Source: Phycisphaeraceae bacterium (GTDB taxonomy: Bacteria > Planctomycetota > Phycisphaerae > Phycisphaerales > UBA1924). From it: a DNA stretch of 64,000 nt. The DNA lies in assembly GCA_023898685.1 (NCBI GenBank), contig CP060234.1, positions 2,569,945-2,633,944 of the forward strand. Direction: 5' to 3'. Of the stretch, positions 57,273 to 64,000 are shown in pieces (within the stretch, counting starts at the first letter, position 1; each line of letters starts with the position of its first letter). The notes below the pieces were generated by a model. The model was not told where the DNA came from and did not search any database. It saw only the letters and a list, made by a program, of their open reading frames with translations. The translations under genes were made by a program, and so were the position numbers.

Positions 57273-58589
57273 ATGGATCTGAAAACCTATCGCTCATCGA
57301 CGATGGCTGGTGCGCTGGCCGAGGTCAAGAAAGAGCTCGGCCCGGACGCGGTCATTCTGCGCACGCGGAGCTTCAAGTCGGGCGGGCTGCTGGGTTTCGG
57401 CGGCAATTCGATCGTTGAGATCACCGCCGCGAAGGACTCGCCCGCCGCGGGTACGTACACGCCGCGACGAAGACCGGCGGCTCCCGCGTCATCACGGCCG
57501 CCGATCCGCGAACGGCAGACACTCACGCCGAACTCGCCCGTCGGTGTTGACGCAACGCCCGACGCGGGCCATGTGCTCGATCGGCAGGTTGCCGCCGCGG
57601 CCGATCGCGCGACACGGCGTGCCGCCCCGGTCACGCAGGTGGCGCTCCGGCCGGCGACCGCGGACGCGCACGCCTCGCTCGAGGCCGAACTCGCCTCGAT
57701 CAAAGGACTGATTTCGCAGGTGCTCCAGACGACGCGTCGCACGGCCGTGCGAGTGGACGGGGCCGACGCGATGGCGCACTGGGCGCAGGGCGGCTCTGAT
57801 CCGCTGTTCGATCTCTACAACAGGTTGATTGAGCACGAGCTGCCCCAGCCGATCGTCGATGAGCTCGTCGTCGAGGTCCGCGACGAGCTGAGCGTTGGCG
57901 AGCTCGCCGACGCGGCGATCGTCCGCGAGACGCTGCTGCGCAGACTCTCGGCCCGCATCCGCGTTGTCGGCCCGTGCGAACCGGTCGGCAACGGCCCGAT
58001 TGTCGAGGCGCTCATCGGCCCCACGGGCGTCGGGAAGACGACCACGATCGCCAAGCTCGCGGCGACGCAGAAGCTCCGTTACGGCCGATCGGTCGGGCTC
58101 ATCACCGCCGATACGTACCGGATCGCCGCAGTCGAACAGCTGCGCACCTACGCCGGCATCATCGGCGTGCCGCTCGAGGTCGTGCTGACCCCAACAGAAA
58201 TGGACGAGGCCCGCGCTCGCCTGTCGAGCTGCGACGTGGTCTTCGTCGACACACCGGGCCGGAGCCCACGCGACGCCGCCCGGCTCGACCAGCTCGCGGC
58301 GTTTCTCGCGACCGCCAAGCCCTCGCGCACGCACCTGGCGCTCTCGGCGAATTCGGGGCCCAGCGTGCTGAGATCGGCCGCGGATCGTTTCGGCGGCGCC
58401 GGCGCCGATTGCCTGCTGCTCACCAAGCTCGACGAGGCGGGCGGGCTGGGCGTCATCGGACACGCCGCCGAGGCGACCGGCCTTCCCCTCAGCTACGTGA
58501 CGACGGGGCAGGAGGTGCCCGATCACATCGAACCCGCGAAGCCCGAGAGGCTGGCGAGGCTCGTGCTCGATGGGGAGATCAACGCATGA
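57273..58589 (+). CDS. flhF: Flagellar SRP-type GTPase FlhF
   Basis: N-terminal MDLKTYRSSTMAGALAEVKKELGPDAVIL, G1 GPTGVGKTTTIAKLA, DTPGRS, and TKLDE. ATG 57273 is chosen over track 57204. Confidence 0.85.
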   Translation: MDLKTYRSSTMAGALAEVKKELGPDAVILRTRSFKSGGLLGFGGNSIVEITAAKDSPAAGTYTPRRRPAAPASSRPPIRERQTLTPNSPVGVDATPDAGHVLDRQVAAAADRATRRAAPVTQVALRPATADAHASLEAELASIKGLISQVLQTTRRTAVRVDGADAMAHWAQGGSDPLFDLYNRLIEHELPQPIVDELVVEVRDELSVGELADAAIVRETLLRRLSARIRVVGPCEPVGNGPIVEALIGPTGVGKTTTIAKLAATQKLRYGRSVGLITADTYRIAAVEQLRTYAGIIGVPLEVVLTPTEMDEARARLSSCDVVFVDTPGRSPRDAARLDQLAAFLATAKPSRTHLALSANSGPSVLRSAADRFGGAGADCLLLTKLDEAGGLGVIGHAAEATGLPLSYVTTGQEVPDHIEPAKPERLARLVLDGEINA

Positions 58590-59512
58590 GCGCGCTCGCG
58601 GATGATCGCCGGGGCGTGGCGGTCGGCTCGCCGATCGAAGACCAGGCGGCCACGCTGCGCCGGCTCGTCGCGAGGGCCGAACCGCCCCGCGCGGACCGGC
58701 CCGTGCTGCTCCGTCGCGATGGCGCCCCCGTCATCGCCATCGCCTCGGGCAAGGGCGGCGTGGGCAAGTCGACGATCTCCGTCAACGTCGCGATCGCGAT
58801 CCACGGGACCCGCCCGGCCGTGCTCGTCGACGGCGACCTGGGCACTGCGAACGCCGACGTCCTTTGCGGGCTCGCGCCCTCGCGCCGGCTCGACGCCGAG
58901 CTGTTCCGCCCGGGTGGACCCGATCTCGATTCGCTCAGGATGGAAACACCCTGGGGATTCGGGCTTATCCCCGGCGCTGCCGGCGTGGCGCACGCCCCGC
59001 AACTCGACGCCCGCCAACGGCACGATCTCATCGGCGCGCTCCGTGGATTGGGCGGCCCGGGTGACGCTGTCCTCATCGATCTCGGCGCCGGCATCGGTGC
59101 GCCGGTCGTCGAGGCCGTCGCGGCCTCCGACCTGGGCGTGATCGTCACCACCGCAGAGCCCGCGGCGCTCGCGGACGCGTATGCCTTGATCAAGTGCGTC
59201 ACGCGCCACCGCGGCGATCCTCGTCCCCTCCGGATCGGGTTGGTTGTCAATATGGTCGATACCCGGGCGATCGGACGTGCCGCCCACGAGCGGATCGACC
59301 GGGTGTGCCAGCGGTTCCTTGGTGGTTCGATGCCCCTGATCGGGCTTGTCCGGCGTGATAAGCATGTCGCGTACTCCGTGCGCCGACGTGAGCCGCTGCT
59401 CGCCTGCCACCCGCGAGGCCCGGCGGCCCGAGACCTTCGGGCCCTGGCGGCGATGATCGCGGCTATCGCCCCCAGAATCGGGCGATCGACGACCGAAGGA
59501 GCCCTTCCATGA
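58586..59512 (+). CDS. flhG: MinD/ParA-type ATPase FlhG (FleN/YlxH)
   Basis: ATG overlaps the flhF TGA. Deviant Walker A SGKGGVGKSTISVNVA. DLGAG switch region. It lies downstream of flhF. Confidence 0.85.
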   Translation: MSALADDRRGVAVGSPIEDQAATLRRLVARAEPPRADRPVLLRRDGAPVIAIASGKGGVGKSTISVNVAIAIHGTRPAVLVDGDLGTANADVLCGLAPSRRLDAELFRPGGPDLDSLRMETPWGFGLIPGAAGVAHAPQLDARQRHDLIGALRGLGGPGDAVLIDLGAGIGAPVVEAVAASDLGVIVTTAEPAALADAYALIKCVTRHRGDPRPLRIGLVVNMVDTRAIGRAAHERIDRVCQRFLGGSMPLIGLVRRDKHVAYSVRRREPLLACHPRGPAARDLRALAAMIAAIAPRIGRSTTEGALP

Positions 59513-59650
59513 CCCGACCGTTCCGTCAAGATCGCCGCAGACTGTCGCCTATTTGGCGTCGAATCGGGCCATTGTTCAAGTCGGCCTGGTCGCGGGCCGA
59601 ATCCGATCGCACGGTGATGCGCTCTCGCCTCATCGTGGAGGGAAAGCTGG

Positions 59651-59935
59651 GTGGAATCACCATCCAAGATCTTTGCGGCGGTGCTGGGGCTGACGGCGTT
59701 CGCGGTCGCCATCGTGGCCGGCCTGATGAACGGGGGGGACGGTCGCTCGATTCTCACCCGCGCCCTTACCTGCATGGTCGTGTGCTATCCGGTCGGCCTC
59801 GTCCTGGGGGCGGTCGCGAGGCACGCGGTCGACGAGCACACCTCGGCGTACAAGCGGGATCACCCGCCCCGGCCGATTCCGAAGTTCGGATCGGGCGCCG
59901 GCGCCGAAGAGATCATCGAAGTGGATGTCGCGTGA
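59651..59935 (+). CDS. Small two-TM membrane protein, hypothetical
   Basis: GTG 59651 is preceded by GGAGGG (59637-42). Helices IFAAVLGLTAFAVAIVAGLM and ALTCMVVCYPVGLVLGAVA. The competing overlapping 202-aa ORF (59509-60117) is R-rich nonsense. Confidence 0.4.
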   Translation: MESPSKIFAAVLGLTAFAVAIVAGLMNGGDGRSILTRALTCMVVCYPVGLVLGAVARHAVDEHTSAYKRDHPPRPIPKFGSGAGAEEIIEVDVA

Positions 59936-60121
59936 GGCCGAGCACCATGACGGGCAGTTCCCGCAATGCCGAGGCTTTTTTTTCACCGCGACGCCGGCGG
60001 CGGGTTGGCGCCCGTCACAGCATTCTGATTCCGTGTATACTCCACCGCCACGGGCAAGGATCGCCCGTGCAGCGCAGAGAAGGCCGCGTCGGAGATCCAT
60101 CCGGCCGGCCCGCGTGAGCCG

Positions 60122-60991
60122 ATGGTCAAGGAGCGGACCATGACAGTGACCAGAACGTCGACCCGTTTCTCTTCTCGTTCCAACGCTCGCCACGCCGAGC
60201 CGTCGAACGTCCCGACGCCCTACGACGACATGCCGATCGAGGACGTCTGGCGTGAGTATCAGAAGGCCGGGTCGGAGACGATCCGCAACTTCCTTGTCGA
60301 GAAGTATCTCCACCTCGTGCGGTACAACGCCGAGCGGATCTACGCCCGCCTGCCCGATGAGGTCGACATCGAGGACCTGATGTCGGTCGGCCTCTTCGGG
60401 CTGATGGACGCGATCGACAAGTACGACCTGTCGCGCGAGGTGAAGTTCGAGACGTTCTGCGCCCCGCGCATCAGCGGCGCGATCCTCGACGAGCTCCGCT
60501 CGATGGACTGGGTCCCCCGTCTCGTCCGGCACCGCTCCAGCCGGGTCGAGCAGGCGCGCCAGCAGATCGAGAAGGAGACGGGCCGCAAGGCGACCGACGA
60601 CGAGATCGCCGACCGGCTGAACATCGACGACGAGGAGTTCCGCAAGTTCCGCCGCGACAGCAAGGCCGTCGCGGTGACGAGCATCAACCGCAAGTGCTTC
60701 CCGTCGGATGGCAGCCGGGAGCTGCGCGAGATCGACGTGATCCGCGACCCGGCGCAGACGAGCCCGGTGAAGCTTCTCCAGCGGCGGGATCTGCGCGAGC
60801 TGATCACCAAGGGCCTGAGCCGGGCCGAGCGGCTGATCGTGATCCTCTACTACTACGAGGCGATGACGATGAAGGAGATCGGCGCGACGCTCGACCTCTC
60901 CGAGAGCCGGGTGAGCCAGATGCACTCGTCGATCCTCGCCCGTCTCAAGGCGCAGATGCAGCACCGCATGCGCGAGCTCGAGGAGGAGTAG
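60122..60991 (+). CDS. fliA: Flagellar sigma factor FliA/WhiG (sigma-28 family)
   Basis: Region 2 DLMSVGLFGLMDAIDKYD...FETFCAPRISGAILDELR. Region 4.2 LYYYEAMTMKEIGATLDLSESRVSQMHSSILARLK. It is the last gene of the flagellar block. Confidence 0.85.
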   Translation: MVKERTMTVTRTSTRFSSRSNARHAEPSNVPTPYDDMPIEDVWREYQKAGSETIRNFLVEKYLHLVRYNAERIYARLPDEVDIEDLMSVGLFGLMDAIDKYDLSREVKFETFCAPRISGAILDELRSMDWVPRLVRHRSSRVEQARQQIEKETGRKATDDEIADRLNIDDEEFRKFRRDSKAVAVTSINRKCFPSDGSRELREIDVIRDPAQTSPVKLLQRRDLRELITKGLSRAERLIVILYYYEAMTMKEIGATLDLSESRVSQMHSSILARLKAQMQHRMRELEEE

Positions 60992-61027
60992 GCCATCCGC
61001 TCACATCCGATCGCAAGCACGAACGAG

Positions 61028-61058
61028 ACCCGGGCGCGAGCCCGGGTGTTCTTCTTTC
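61028..61058 (+). terminator. Rho-independent terminator after fliA
   Basis: Stem ACCCGGGC, loop GCGA, stem GCCCGGGT, followed by GTTCTTCTTTCC. It lies 37 nt after the fliA stop. The stem resembles a REP-B half unit. Confidence 0.6.
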
Positions 61059-61168
61059 CGGGGATCACCGTGGTGTTTCATGCTCGCCGTGGGCGAGCAT
61101 AATCGTGGTCGCTCAACGCGACCGCACCATGCGCTTGTCTCGCCGACGCCCCGGCGCTTCACTTCCCC

Positions 61169-61681
61169 GTGGATCCCGCCCCCAGAATCGCCTGCATCGC
61201 CCTGGGCTCCAACCTGGGCGATCGCCGCGCGACGATCGCCGCGGCCATCGAGGCGATCGCCGCCCTGCCCGGCACGACGCTCCGCGCCGCGTCCGACATC
61301 ATCGAGACCGACCCCGTCGGCCCGCCGGGCCAGCCCAACTACCTCAACGCCGCGGTTTCGATTGATACCACGCTGAACCCCCGCGAACTCCTCGAAGCCC
61401 TGCTCGCGATCGAACGCACGCACGGCCGCGAACGGCGCGAGTGGTGGGGCCCCCGCACGCTCGACCTCGATCTGGTGCTCTACGCCGACGAGGTGATCGA
61501 CGAGCCCGGGTTGACGGTGCCCCACCCGTCGATGCGCGAGCGGCTGTTCGTCCTCGAGCCCCTGGCGCAGATCGAGCCTGGGCTGGTGGATCCAGCAACG
61601 GGACGGAGCATCCGGGAACTGCTGGAGGCGCTGTTGTCGGGAGGAGTGGAAGGGGCGCGCCAATGCGGCGATTCGCGTTGA
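61169..61681 (+). CDS. folK: 2-amino-4-hydroxy-6-hydroxymethyldihydropteridine diphosphokinase (HPPK)
   Basis: IALGSNLGDR...ETDPVGPPGQPNYLNAAVSIDT...ELLEALLAIERTHGRER...WGPRTLDLDLVLY...LTVPHPSMRERLFVLEPL are FolK motifs. Confidence 0.85.
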   Translation: MDPAPRIACIALGSNLGDRRATIAAAIEAIAALPGTTLRAASDIIETDPVGPPGQPNYLNAAVSIDTTLNPRELLEALLAIERTHGRERREWWGPRTLDLDLVLYADEVIDEPGLTVPHPSMRERLFVLEPLAQIEPGLVDPATGRSIRELLEALLSGGVEGARQCGDSR

Positions 61682-62949
61682 TCCTGATCGGTCTGCTGCC
61701 AAGCCTGCTCGCGGTGCGCGGCACACTCGCCGAGCCACCCGAGTTACTGACCGAGATGGCCGAGACGCTGCACGCCACGACCTGGGCCGCGGAGGTCGAG
61801 GTCTTCACCGCTGAAGGAGCGGTTGAGGGATCAATCTCAAGGGCGAAGCTCTGGGTTTGGCACGAACCGGGCGGGGTCGTGAGGCTTGCCATCGGGCACA
61901 TCCACATCGTGGCATCTCCGGGTCGGCTGATCGCGGTTCACACCAACAACCCGAAGCTGATCTTCGAGACTGTCGAGGAAGGGGCGTCAGCCGCGTCGCT
62001 GCTGGCCGGGAACCTGCCGCCGCTCTGGTGCCCTTGGCTCGCCGTGGCGCTCGACGGCGACCCGTCGGCTTGGCCCCGCGTGGGGAGTGCGGGTGCACGG
62101 CGGGTCGATTGGGCACTCGGCGGATCAGGCATCATCGATGGTCCGACCGGCGGTGGTGTCAAACATTCCTTTCACGGTCGGCCCGCCGACAGCGACGACG
62201 AGTTGACATGGACGATCACCGTGATGCACGCCGACGCTGCGGATGAGGAGGCAGATGGTCGCCTCTCGCAGAGCTACACCCTCAAGACAACGGTGAACGG
62301 CCGAGAGCGGCGGTTCAACTTCGTCTTTCGGCCACTTGATGCGGCGTGGAAGCCAATCGACTCCGAGGGAAGGCAACTGGTCTCGTCGATCTCGGTTCTT
62401 GCTCCCGCCACACCCGAGATCGGCCCCGACGATCATCTCCCGCCGATCGTCGCGTCGGTGGTCGCAAACGACGATCTCGCGGTCGACACCTGGCGGCCTG
62501 GTCAGGTCTTCGAGCGGAGGGAGACGGAGCGACGCCCACAGGCGGTGGTCCTGGCTCTGATCCGGGCCGGCGGCGAGACCGAGGACACACTGCGCACGGT
62601 CGCCACGCTGGTCCGCAAGGCCGAGGGGGCCGCGAAACGTGGCGGAACAGTATCGGTACTCGCCCGCCCAATCGTGTGCACGGGCACCAGAGATCTCGAT
62701 CTGGGGCGGTTCAAGCGATTCGGCTTGATGTGGGCGGGTGCCGTGGATGCCGACCCCACGATCCCCGAAGCCGAGGCGCGCACGCCGGGCCTCGCCTGGT
62801 GCCCCGCCTCGCTCCTCCTCGACCGCGTCGCCCCCGGCGCCGACGCCGCGATCGTTGTCGTCGACCGCTCGGGCTGGATCGTCGGCGTCCACCCGCCCGA
62901 CGCCACGCCCGAGGAGATCGCCGAGTCGATCAAGACCGCCGCCCGGTGA
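61663..62949 (+). CDS. Secreted hypothetical protein (428 aa)
   Basis: The internal ATG 61663 gives the signal peptide MRRFALILIGLLPSLLAVRGTLA. It overlaps the folK end by 19 nt. The composition is coherent. I recognise no family. Confidence 0.5.
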   Translation: MRRFALILIGLLPSLLAVRGTLAEPPELLTEMAETLHATTWAAEVEVFTAEGAVEGSISRAKLWVWHEPGGVVRLAIGHIHIVASPGRLIAVHTNNPKLIFETVEEGASAASLLAGNLPPLWCPWLAVALDGDPSAWPRVGSAGARRVDWALGGSGIIDGPTGGGVKHSFHGRPADSDDELTWTITVMHADAADEEADGRLSQSYTLKTTVNGRERRFNFVFRPLDAAWKPIDSEGRQLVSSISVLAPATPEIGPDDHLPPIVASVVANDDLAVDTWRPGQVFERRETERRPQAVVLALIRAGGETEDTLRTVATLVRKAEGAAKRGGTVSVLARPIVCTGTRDLDLGRFKRFGLMWAGAVDADPTIPEAEARTPGLAWCPASLLLDRVAPGADAAIVVVDRSGWIVGVHPPDATPEEIAESIKTAAR

Positions 62950-62987
62950 ATGGAAATCCCCAGGCCCCCGGCTCCCTACCCTCGCCC

Positions 62988-63755
62988 ATGCCGGAATCGC
63001 TCCGAAACTACGACGCCGTCGTCTGCGACATCGACGGGTGCCTGGGGCCCGAGCAGAACGGGCCCCTCGACGCGGACGCGCTCGCCGCCGTCGCCGCCTA
63101 CAACCGCCTCGCGCACGACAAGGGCGATCGCCCCGTCGTCACGGTCTGCACGGGCCGACCCCTGCCCTACGCCGAGGCGATGGCCCGGCTCATCGGCACC
63201 GACACGCTGCCGGTCGTGTGCGAGATGGGCGTCTGGCTCTGGCACGCCGACACGAACATCTTTGATTGCGACCCTCGGATCACCCCCCAGCACGTCCACA
63301 TCGTTCACGAGGCCCAGGAGTGGATCGAGGCGACCTGGGGCGCGTCCAATCCCAGGGGCCCGGTCCAGCAGCAGCCCGGAAAGGCCTGCTCGATCTCGCT
63401 CCATCACCCCGATACACCCTATCTCAAAGGCCTCGAGCCCCTGCTGCGCGACGAGTTCGCCCGGCGCAACTGGCCCTTCCGCGTCAGCAGCACCTGGGAG
63501 TGGATCAACATCGACCTCGCCCACATCTCCAAGGCCACCGGCATCGAGCGGCTCATGGCCCACACCGGACTGACCAAGGCCCGCCTCGCCGGTATCGGCG
63601 ACACGATCGGCGATCTCGCCATCCGCGAGCACGTCGCGTTCTTCGCCTGCCCGGCGAACGCGGACGACCGGCTCAAGGCCCACGCCGACTTCGTCGCCGA
63701 TGACGCCGAGATCCACGGCGTGCTGGACATCCTCGATCGGCTCATCGCGACCTGA
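62988..63755 (+). CDS. HAD-superfamily (subfamily IIB/Cof-like) phosphatase
   Basis: Motif I VVCDIDGCL, TGRP, and motif IV GIGDTIGDLAIREHV. ATG 62988 lies within the longer track ORF. Confidence 0.7.
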   Translation: MPESLRNYDAVVCDIDGCLGPEQNGPLDADALAAVAAYNRLAHDKGDRPVVTVCTGRPLPYAEAMARLIGTDTLPVVCEMGVWLWHADTNIFDCDPRITPQHVHIVHEAQEWIEATWGASNPRGPVQQQPGKACSISLHHPDTPYLKGLEPLLRDEFARRNWPFRVSSTWEWINIDLAHISKATGIERLMAHTGLTKARLAGIGDTIGDLAIREHVAFFACPANADDRLKAHADFVADDAEIHGVLDILDRLIAT

Positions 63756-63855
63756 CCAGCCGTTTGCGCCCGACGGCAGGGACCCGACCATTCCGCACGT
63801 CTCGGCTTTGTCACAACGATCCCCCGTGGTAGGCTGCGCTCACGGAGGACAACCC

Positions 63856-64000
63856 ATGCATCGCACCACAGCCTTGGCCCTGGTTGCCGCCGCCGTCGTG
63901 ACCGCGCAGGCCGACGTCATCTACGAATCCACGGGGCCCTTCGGCGGCGCGTTCGGCCTCTGGGGCGCCGATGTCTTTTCGGGCCAGACCGTCGCCCAGC
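63856..64000 (+). CDS. Secreted protein, N-terminal fragment (continues beyond window)
   Basis: ATG 63856 is preceded by GGAGGA (63844-49). Signal peptide MHRTTALALVAAAVVTAQA. The frame is open to the window end. Confidence 0.5.
   Translation, partial: MHRTTALALVAAAVVTAQADVIYESTGPFGGAFGLWGADVFSGQTVAQ

Noticed and set aside
59976-59983. T8 tract as an intrinsic terminator after the small membrane ORF
   Set aside because: I could not find a convincing GC-rich stem immediately upstream. It is recorded as a compositional oddity only.
59509-60117. 202-aa ORF between flhG and fliA
   Set aside because: It is extremely arginine-rich with no hydrophobic core pattern, and it overlaps a better-looking small membrane ORF in another frame.

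Overview
Very GC-rich bacterial chromosomal segment (exact GC not computed). No rRNA, tRNA or CRISPR array was recognised. Gene content and the Bat operon suggest a Planctomycetota/Phycisphaerae-like organism, but that is inference only.

Layout, left to right:
1. PspA-like 3' fragment.
2. Trehalose locus on the minus strand: otsA plus an OtsB-GH15 fusion.
3. DUF3467 gene followed by a complete, translationally coupled MoxR/DUF58/BatA-E aerotolerance-type operon.
4. Lipase-like lipoprotein and ispG.
5. A RAYT-like HUH transposase nested inside its own REP palindrome.
6. Zn-ribbon membrane protein, GNAT, Fur-like regulator, PilZ protein and obg.
7. A small accessory patch: a lower-GC orphan ORF cut by an IS5-family element, a pile-up of three repeat families, and arsR / frameshifted arsC / acr3.
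8. tlyA and lpxI.
9. Five same-strand genes of unknown, envelope-type function.
10. A ~28 kb single-strand flagellar super-operon, from a FlgN-like gene, a histidine kinase and a sigma-54 activator through flgBC, fliEFG, fliH, fliIJ, fliK, flgDE, flbD, motAB, fliL, fliNOPQR, flhBAFG to fliA.
11. folK, a secreted protein, a HAD hydrolase and a partial secreted protein.

Most notable observations:
- Three families of palindromic REP/MITE-like repeats are scattered through the window. They occur inside flagellar operon junctions, and one copy sits in-frame inside tlyA. The putative mobilising RAYT is also present.
- fliH is broken by about six frameshifts while all its neighbours are intact.
- fliM is missing from its canonical slot.
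- arsC and the IS transposase are frameshifted.

Many long ORFs in the track are GC-driven antisense artefacts and are not reported as genes.
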